Assembly: GCF_001194135.2 (NCBI RefSeq)
Contig: NC_068982.1
Location: 42,297,241-42,329,295 of the forward strand
Origin: Octopus bimaculoides
Taxonomy: Eukaryota
Length of the DNA: 32,055 bases
Direction: 5' to 3'
Positions within the stretch are counted from its first letter, which is position 1. Each line of letters begins with the position of its first letter. Shown one piece after another: positions 24,016 through 32,055 of the stretch. The position numbers were made by a program, and so were the translations under genes. A model generated the notes under the pieces. The model had not been told where the DNA came from. It ran no database searches and worked only from the letters and a program-made list of their open reading frames with translations.

Positions 24016-24634
24016 CGCGTATATATATGTATTCATGTATGTATACGCACATGCAATGTGGGGGTGACGGCGCCAATGGGCCGGATATAGAAGTCCGGAA
24101 GTAGTGGAATTGTAACAGGAGGAGGGGGAAAGAAATGTGGACTGAAGAGAGAAATATCCGTCAACGGTCTTGCGAAAACAGTTGGTTGTAGCAGTGATAA
24201 GTCTCAGATAAGGAGGATCATTTGCACGGAAAAATAGCACCCACTCGCCATACGAAATGTAAACAGTGAAGAAGGGACCCTATGCATACATACACACGCA
24301 CATTTATATAGACAGGCGTACACACACCCACACAGTTACATACATACATACATACACACATACTTACATTCACACACACACACACACACACACACATATG
24401 TATATGTATATATATATTCGTGTACATGCATATATATATTTATGCGTACGTGAATGTATGTGTGTAAGTTGGACTTTTTTTATATGCATACATATGTACA
24501 TTTTCTGTATTAGATGTATTTAATATTTAATATTTCTTGTATATCAACTTGCCTAACTTGCTTGTTCTTATATTTACTTCCATATATGTACATATATAGA
24601 AATACATACATACATGCATACATACATACATACA

Positions 24635-24668
<34 letters not shown>

Positions 24669-24730
24669 CACACACATACGCACAGACGTCTCTAGGTATA
24701 TGTGTGAGTGTGTATATATAATATATATAT
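23975..24730. repeat. TA/CA/TACA microsatellite-rich stretch interrupted by short unique blocks
   Basis: Arrays at about 23975-24050, 24290-24500 and 24590-24730. Confidence 0.8.
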
Positions 24731-24731
24731 A

Positions 24732-25132
24732 GGCGCAGGAGTGGCTGTGTGGTAAGTAGCTTGCTTACCAACCACATGGTTCCGGGTTCAGTCCCACTGC
24801 GTGGCACTTTGGGCAAGTGTCTTCTGCTATAGCCTCGGGCCGACCAAAGCCTTGTGAGTGGATTTGGTAAAAGGAAACTGAAAGAAGACCGTCGTATATA
24901 TGTATATGTATATATATATATGTGTGTGTGTGTTTGTGTGTCTGTGTTTGTCCCCCCAACATCACTTGACAACCGATGCTGGTGTGTTTACGTCCACGTA
25001 ACTTAGCGGTTCGCCAAAAGTCACCAATAGAATAAGTACTAGGCTTATAAAGAATAAGTCCTGGTGTCGATTTGCTCGACTAAAGGCGGTGATTCAGTCA
25101 AATGACTGAAACAAGTAAAAGAGTAAAAAGAG
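24732..25132 (+). mobile_element. SINE family 1 (tRNA-derived, CORE-like; resembles octopus OR-type SINEs), full length
   Basis: A-box GTGGCTGTGTGG and B-box-like GGTTCAGTCCC. CORE-like CACTTTGGGCAAGTGTCTTCTGCTATAGCCTC, an internal TA/TG repeat and an (AAAAGAGT)-type tail follow. Confidence 0.95.
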
Positions 25133-25278
25133 TATATAAACTTATATATGTATATGTAGGTATGTATGTATATAGATATATACTTTCTCTGAATCATATG
25201 TATGCATGTGTTTTAGCGAATTCGTGTGCTTTGAGCCATACATATATTAATATGTTTAATCATATATATGTATGTATA

Positions 25279-26600
25279 CTCCCTTCTACTTTTGATAATC
25301 GGTAGTTTAACTGTAAGGAGTTGGTCACTCACAAAGATACAAAGCTCGATCTTTGGAATGTAGATCGCAAAAACAAGTTAATATTTTGAACTTGAGGAAA
25401 GTCCTGCATATTTTAACTGTTTCGCTCACAGATTGATTTGTAATATGCGTTTTAACTTGTAATATGTTTTCTTAAAACCCCAGCTTTACCAGATTGTTTC
25501 TTCGGCATCTACTCATAAAACGAAAAGCACCATCATTATTGATACGAATTGGAATTTATTGGGTATAATAAATGATGGTTTTGAAGCATTTGTTCATTTT
25601 TATTCTGTTTCTTTTTGATTTTCGAAGAGATATTTACATCAGCAGGGCAGTTTATCTCAAGGACGGTGCATACTTTTTACTGTCCATTCCAAACAACGAT
25701 ATCCTCTCCTTTTTACTTGGACTTGTGTTGATGTTTATGTATTCAATAACAAGGACGATCTCTGTATTTATCTCAGGACAGTTTTTTATTCGAATGGGGA
25801 TGTGTATTGTTTTAGCGACAACGTCATATAGCGTTAGGAGATAGAACCTTTATGACATTTTTGGGCAACTGCTGATCATATGTATGATGTCTTCCACGGA
25901 AAAGTGACTTAATCGACATTTTCGGTTAGATTTTTGAGCTCCAAAGGTTTCATTGACTTTTGTTTATTAGGTAGATCGTAAAATCTCCTGTTCTCGGGTT
26001 TCAAATGCATGGTTTTCGAATGATGTAGCAGTCACGAGTTCAAGAAAGGCCACACTTCATGTTGATAGTATCATACGGAAGTCTTCGACAATCATACACT
26101 TGCGTAGCCTTTTTTTTTTTTGGTATGCTGACCGTTTCACAACCAGGTCTTTTTTGAGGTATGTTAATCCCACAGTTAAACGTCTGATAACCAACTAATG
26201 TCTACTACTGGGCAAAATTTATTTTTGTCTTTTCTTCATTCATGAAATGACATCTGCATTACATCTGTTCAGTTTTACTTAATTTTGCAGACATTTTGAC
26301 AACATTTCAATAGTATACTTGCAGTCTTGCATTTTCTGTTGAATGGATATGCTTGTCACAAAATTGATACTTCTGATATTTCGTTATACAGTTCTATCCT
26401 TCAATGAATTGCTCTGTATAGTGTTTTAGCAATGACAGTTTGTTTCATAGATAAAATGGGTGACGTTTTTGGACGACAGCTGGTGATATGGGACACATTT
26501 TGGGGGTTAATTTCACTGATTCTTTTCTGGTTACTTCATTCGGGTATTTTACCTGTATCCAAATTCCATTCTATATCAGGTATTTTGTTGATATTGCGAA
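25279..26600 (-). mobile_element. RLE-LINE family B (R4-like), ~1.3-kb decayed 3' portion: RT end, zinc knuckle, RLE, 3' UTR
   Basis: Minus-strand remnants: DI(G)MEFG at ~26570, FENHAFETREQEI, KCRLSHFSVEDIIHMISSCPKMS at 25855-25922, DIVVW..CTVLEINCPADVNI at ~25700, and QSVSETVKICRTFLKF at ~25390-25435. Confidence 0.85.
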
Positions 26601-26639
26601 ATTTTGTCTGTCTGTCAATCTGTTTGCATGTATGTGTAA

Positions 26640-26935
26640 GGCGCATGTAAGGTCATGATATTCGGCTCACGATCGTAAGATCGTGAGTTCGATACCCGGC
26701 CGCGCGCTGTGTCCTTGAGCAACATACTTTATTTCATGTTGCTTCAACCCACTCAACTGGTAAAAGTAAGTAGTACCTGTATTTCAAGTGCCCAGCCTTC
26801 ACACTTTCTGTTTCACTGCGTTAAGAGTACGTATGTATGTGGCGTGTTCAACTATCTGCACGTTAATTTCGCGAACAGGCTGTTCCGTAGATCGGATCAA
26901 CTGGAACACTCGTCGTCGTAAATGACAGAGTGCCA
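26640..26935 (+). mobile_element. SINE family 3b (different tRNA head, same 3' body as 3a)
   Basis: Head with GAGTTCGATACCC B-box and TGTGTCCTTGAGCAACATACTT. GTACCTGTATTTCAA...CACGTTAATTTCGCGAACAGGCTGTTCCG...GATCAACTGGAAC..GAGTGCCA matches 23033-23230. Confidence 0.88.
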
Positions 26936-26994
26936 GATAATGTATGTATATATGTATGTATATGTTAGCATATGTGTATATGTGTATGTGTATA

Positions 26995-27251
26995 TTGTCT
27001 TTGGGTTTTAGTTAAGTTCTTAAGAGAGTTCAAGCCGGTCGCTAACAAAGCGACATGCCTTTTTGAGTTAATAGAATTCCTGGTGTTTGTAAATATTTGG
27101 TGTACTGCTGTTGAACTATCGATGCACGTATCCAAGTATGTACATCTATTCATTTAGAAAATCTCAGGTGGAGAATCATGGGAATGTCTCACAAGTCTTC
27201 ACCGTGCCACTTATAGACAGGATTTGCTGAAACAGCAGTTTCTTTTGCTCT
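26995..27251 (-). mobile_element. RLE-LINE family B, short 5'-truncated copy flanked by (TATG)n
   Basis: Minus frame QKKLLFQQILSISGTVKTCETFP* followed by a 3' UTR with the CTTTGTTAGCGACCGGCT motif (27033-27050). Confidence 0.8.
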
Positions 27252-27339
27252 GTATGTATGTATGTATGTATGTATGTATGTATGTATGTATGTACGAATG
27301 TACGTACGTATGTATGTATACATGCATACATGTATGTAA

Positions 27340-29290
27340 GGTCTTCATGTGAATTTGCCTGATTATGTTCGCGCACAACCCGATTTTACATATAATGAGT
27401 GTAGGCGTGTCTGACTAAGCAAGGCATGTCTTACAATTAATCAGAGGAGCCACACGCACACCGGGAAGTTAACTATGCATTATACACAAAGGACCTTTGT
27501 GAATTTCGCTTTTGTCTGTGGTTGGAAAGGTACTTGGCCGCATTTTGTTAGAACGTTTAAATACCTTTATAGTCCCAAATATAGGGCCTGAGTTTCAGTG
27601 TGGTTTTCGTTCCTCCAGGGGCACAGCTGATTGTATCTTTACTGTCAGACAATTACAAGAAAAGTGCATTGAACAGAATCTTGCTCTATACCATTGCTTT
27701 GTTGATTTGAGCAAAGCATTCGATACTGTCAATCGAAATGTTCTGTGGCTAATTCTAAGGAAAATAGGCTGCCCAGAAAAAATTGTAAACATGATCAGGG
27801 CTTTGCATCAAGATATGAAAGCTAGTGTTGATTTTGGTGGTAGGCTCTCTGAATCTTTTGCTGTGGAAAATGGAGTAAATCAAGGAGACATTGATGCACC
27901 CATCCTCTTTGCAATATACTTTGCTGCTGTGTTGTCACATGCTTTTCAAAACTCCGAGGAGGGTATTTACATAAAATAACGAACAACAAGGAATATTTTA
28001 AATCTGACCAGACTGAAATTCAAAACGAAGGTTTTTACTTCACCCATTAGGGAACTTTTGTACGATCTTGTCAGTCATTCTGAAACAGGTCTGCAATCTC
28101 TTGTATCTGCATTTGACTTGGCTTGTGATGATTTTGGCTTGAGCATCAACTTGAAAAAAAAAAACAAAAAGAGTTGTAATGCATCAACCTGCGTGTTGGT
28201 GCTGTTTGTAACCCGCCTAAAATTTTTGTTAATGGAAAGTTACTTGAGGTTGTCGATTCGTTCGTCTCATTGGAAGCTCTGTTCAAAATGATGGATATCT
28301 TGATAAAGAAATACAGCTGCGAATTCAAAGGGCAGCAAAAGCAAGCATTTGGTGGCTTGGAGTCACGCGTTTGGTGCCAGCGACATATAAATAAGAATAC
28401 AAAGCTGGCTCTTTACAAATCATTTGTCTTACCATCCCTGTTGCATTCCTGTGAAACTTGGACTTGTTATGAAAGGCATTTTAAATTGTTAGAACAATTC
28501 CACCAAAAATGCCTTCATCGTGTTTTAAAAATTAAATGGAGTTTTTTACTCAAAACACAGATGTCCTTGCATCTGCAGGCATCACCTCAATTAAAGTTAT
28601 GATTTTGAGGAACCAATCGAGATGGTGTGACCATATTGCTCGAATGGCAGATGAACGCATGCCGAAACAGTTGTTTTATGGTGAGCTTGCAGAGGGGAAA
28701 CGCTATCGGTGTAAACCAAAGAAAAGGGTTTAAGGACGGCATAAGGACTACTATGAAGTCACTTGGAATGATTCTAGAAGATATAAAAATCCTTGCCTCG
28801 GATCGAGTTGGATGACGAACAAAGGTGTGCAGTGGGGTGAAATCATTTGAAGAGGCCAGGATAACGCAAGTAAGACTCAAAAGAGATTGCAAGGAAGAAT
28901 GTAACGATCAAGAAGGTGAATGACAATGACATTTCTGTGTGCACAGTCTGTGGTAGACCATGACTGTCTTTTGCTGGCCTCAAATCTCATCTGCGAAAAC
29001 ATGGAAAACGAACCTTCACCAACTATTCTTCCTATATGTCTGTGCAAATCTTTGAATGCAGTGTATGCCAGAAGGTTTGCAAATCCAACGGAGGCCTCAA
29101 AAGACATTTTAAGATCCACAAAGAGCAGAACTTATCTGCAGCTCTTGGTGGTCCAAATCGGAGGTGCAACTTATGTGGGTGTCTTTTCAGAACATTGTCT
29201 AGTTTAAAAACCACATCAGATGCTGTGATGGTGATAAGGTGAAGGTACAGGAGGTGGTCATACTCTGCATAAGGAGTAGACAACCACCAT
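27340..29290 (+). mobile_element. RTE/BovB-like LINE, decayed ORF2 (RT + C-terminus with zinc-finger-like motifs) ending in (ATGT)n tail
   Basis: LLSVVGKVLGRILLERL, PEFQCGFRSSRGTADCIFTVRQLQEKCIEQN..FVDLSKAFDTVNR, GVNQGDIDAPILF, ELLY-DLVSHSE, SLLHSCETWTCY, RNQSRWCDHIARMADERMPKQLFYGEL. The coding remnant starts near 27480. Region 27340-27480 is only tentatively assigned as 5' UTR. Confidence 0.93.
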
Positions 29291-29364
29291 GTATGTATGT
29301 ATGTATGCATGCATGCATGTATGTATGTATGTATGTATGTATGTATGTATGTATGTATGTATGT
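29289..29364. repeat. (ATGT)n microsatellite shared as 3' end by the RTE (+) and RLE (-) elements
   Basis: Direct reading of the sequence. Confidence 0.95.
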
Positions 29365-29697
29365 CATTATTCAGTTTTATTTCAAGAGTTCTTGCCAATA
29401 GAGAAAGAGCCGGTTTCTAACCTAGATCCAAGGCTCCTTCATTGAAATTTCGACATCAACAGCCGAGTATTTTGTATGTATGTATATGTGCAGACTTGTA
29501 TGGTTTGTTTTATGTATGTCTTCCCTTGCATATCTAGACATACTCATATATACTTAAATGATAAACTTCTGGAAAGTTTTACAGATTTTTACAGTTCCAG
29601 TGATAGATTGGATCTGTAGTCTTCGAATCAGTTTTCTCCTTTCTGGTTTTGAGAAGCCTAATTTCTCAAGATTGGTATTTAAACAGTGTGTTACATG
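29365..29697 (-). mobile_element. RLE-LINE family B, 5'-truncated copy inside (TATG)n
   Basis: Minus frame HCLNTNLEKLGFSKPERRKLIRRLQIQSITGTVKICKTFQKFII* followed by a ~190-bp 3' UTR with GTTAGAAACCGGCT (29408-29421). Confidence 0.88.
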
Positions 29698-30400
29698 TAT
29701 GTAAGCATGTATGTATGTANNNNNNNNNNTGGTATTTAAACAGTGTGTTACATGTATGTAAGCATGTATGTATGTATGTATGTATGTATGTATGTATGTA
29801 TGTATGTGTGTGTGTATGTATGTATGCATGCATACATGTATGTATGTAGATATGCAAGCATGTACGTATGCGTGTATGTATGTTTTAGTATGTATGTATA
29901 TGTATGAATATGTATGCATGTATGTACGTGTATATATGCTTGTATGTATGTGTGTGTATGTATGTGCGCGCGTGTATGTATGTGTGTGTACGCATGTATG
30001 TATGTGCTTGTGTACGCGTATATTTATGTCAGTGTGCCCTCATGTATGCATCTACCCTCTTATATATATATGTGTGTATAAATACGGATGTGTATATATA
30101 TGTATGTATGGTCTGGTTTAAATTTCCGAATTATTTTCTCCTGTACTCGCAATTCCCCCCCCCCCCCATGAAATCGAATGATCTATTTGTTTATTTTTCT
30201 GAATGGGTATAATTCAGTATAACTTTTCAATTAATAGTTATAATGAAGATTTACTGCACCACATAACTTCCGTTCACACACACACACACACACACGCTAA
30301 CATACACAGCAATACGCAGATACATACACACACACCCTTGTATACGGACATACCCCCTCCACACACCTCCGCACACACATATATCTCTACCCACTCACCA
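29698..30400. repeat. Degenerate TATG/TG and CA microsatellite tracts
   Basis: Tracts at about 29698-30110 and 30270-30400. Confidence 0.85.
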
Positions 30401-31558
30401 CACATCAAAACCATTTTAGCTTCAGTCTAACTAAATTCTTTGCATACTTCTCTCATTGTTAAAAATTGTTCTTGTTGCCAAGCACAAACAAGGTCAATAG
30501 ACATAAATGCATAAAAATATATTTACTTATTCTAAGTTTTTGTTATGTAGTTGTGTATCTTAAATGATTCGTACAAAAAAGTGTTAAGTTTATTTTCTAT
30601 ATTTGTTCTCATACTTTTTAAAATCTAGTTTTTGCGACATACATGTTCACACCAAGTTATTTATAGTAGGACCTAAACATCCTCAACCCTTGTGTATAAA
30701 GAAGCTTAAAACTCTTTGTAATCAGTCGCCTGAGAGTCGACAACGTGAAAGCTTTATTACTGGCCGAATCACAGAGACATGACGATAAATAAATATATAA
30801 ACATTATTCCTCTCTATCACGTGGTATTGTGTACGGCATTTTTCTAAATCGGAATCATACCGATGTCATACTACCGATTCACAGAAGCAAAAAAGACATG
30901 CATAAAAACGTTTATCTTCTGAACAGCAACTCTCGTTCTCTGCCTCTACCTCTGTATATACAACTTCCTTTTAGACCACCACGTCTAAGTGACACACTGA
31001 CTGGATTCAAAATGCTGTCCACTAAAATTTATGGCAAAACTGATATAGCAAAATGAAATAAACAGAATATTATTCGTAATCATTCCGACAGCAAAGTAAA
31101 CAAGAGAATACAGCTAGAAATTCTACATTTGCACCCGAGAAAAACGAAACAGGACTTCCTACTTGGACTGTGGAGTAAATGTGGCTACATAAAAGATCAT
31201 AATGCAAGGCAAAATAATGCTGGATCTATATAGAAAGAAAATAAAAATGTGACAAGCAAGATATTCCAGAACCCTGTGAGAGGTTTTTCTCCTCTAGTTT
31301 CCCCTATGTCTTTCTCACTTCGCTTCTCACCACCGTTATAAGAAGAAAATCAATCGTCGTTAACTATAACTTTAATTTTTGTTTACAAATGACCTTAGAT
31401 AAAATACTTTGAAAATCTCAAGTAATGCCGTGCTGAAGATTCCAAAAACAGGATGAAATGATGCCATACACGGCTACTATGATGATAATAACAAATAATA
31501 ATAAGACAGCAAAATAGTTTTAAAATCTCTAAACGAGACATAAGTAGTAACGACACTA

Positions 31559-31767
31559 GACAGCAACGTTTTTTTTTTGTCACTATAACATGGCTGTTCT
31601 ATAAAGAACTGTTACTACATTTTGAGGGAGCGAATCACTCCCTTACTCACAATATATGACACAGTTTGGAAAAGACGTTTTCCTAGGGTTAAAATGTAGT
31701 AACATAGTTCTTTATAGAACAGCCATATTATTGTGGCAAAAACACAAACACAAAAAACGTTGCCGAA
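31559..31767. mobile_element. Foldback/MITE-like element with long terminal inverted repeats
   Basis: Left arm 31561-31623 and right arm 31691-31765 are near-perfect inverted repeats (GCAACGTTTTTT...ATGGCTGTTCTATAAAGAACT..GTTACTACATTTT). TA sits at symmetric positions 31557-31558 and 31768-31769. Confidence 0.7.
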
Positions 31768-31909
31768 TAAGAGAATTAAATGCAATAAGATGTATGCTCT
31801 TCTCACTCTTTGAAAAAAAAATGTAATTTCTCCGCAGACGAGAAAAGGTTATGCAGCAACACGTTTTTGTTCTCAGCCTCTACCTGCAAGATCATCACGA
31901 AAATATATA

Positions 31910-32055
31910 GGCGCAGGCGTGGCTGTGTGGGCTCAGTCCCGTTGTATTGCACCTTGGGCAAGTGTCCTCTATAGCCTCGGGCCGACTAAAACCTTGCGAG
32001 TGGATTTGGTAGACGGAAACTGAAAGACGCCCGTCGTATATATATATATATATAT
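31910..32055 (+). mobile_element. SINE family 1, 5' part running off the window (small deletion in head)
   Basis: GGCGCAGGCGTGGCTGTGTGG...CACCTTGGGCAAGTGTC...GGATTTGGTAGACGGAAACTGAAAGACGCCCGTCGTATATA. Confidence 0.92.

Noticed and set aside
29673-29776. 47-bp direct repeat on either side of the 10-N gap
   Set aside because: Identical sequence flanking a nominal gap is the typical signature of unmerged overlapping contig ends, not a biological duplication.
570-30430. Dozens of ORFs rich in YI, CV, HT, poly-T/V/L or X in the ORF track
   Set aside because: They are translations of microsatellites and N gaps, not genes.

Overview
AT-rich, repeat-saturated, gapped (6 N-runs) eukaryotic genomic DNA. 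The SINE types and microsatellite density suggest a cephalopod, probably Octopus (inference). No intact host gene, RNA gene or CRISPR array is supported, and most ORF-track entries are microsatellite or N-gap artefacts. The window is a transposon graveyard. DNA elements: a decayed DD34D mariner (4444-5648), an internally deleted maT/DD37D-like element (51-644) and a foldback MITE (31559-31767). Retroelements: RTE-clade LINE pieces (7068-7350; ~27340-29290, with three C-terminal zinc-finger-like motifs), a classical R4/Dong RLE fragment (19463-20234), a Penelope-like RT/GIY-YIG fragment (~20280-21240) and about 12 tRNA-derived SINE copies of at least 3 families. The most interesting signal is a second RLE-type (R4-like) LINE family present in four minus-strand copies. 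Each carries a conserved 3'-UTR motif about 40 nt from its end and abuts (CATA)n, and the short copies have the repeat on both sides, suggesting a tetranucleotide-microsatellite-targeting retrotransposon. A hammerhead-like core at 18963-18999 and a shared SINE/RTE 3' end are also noted.
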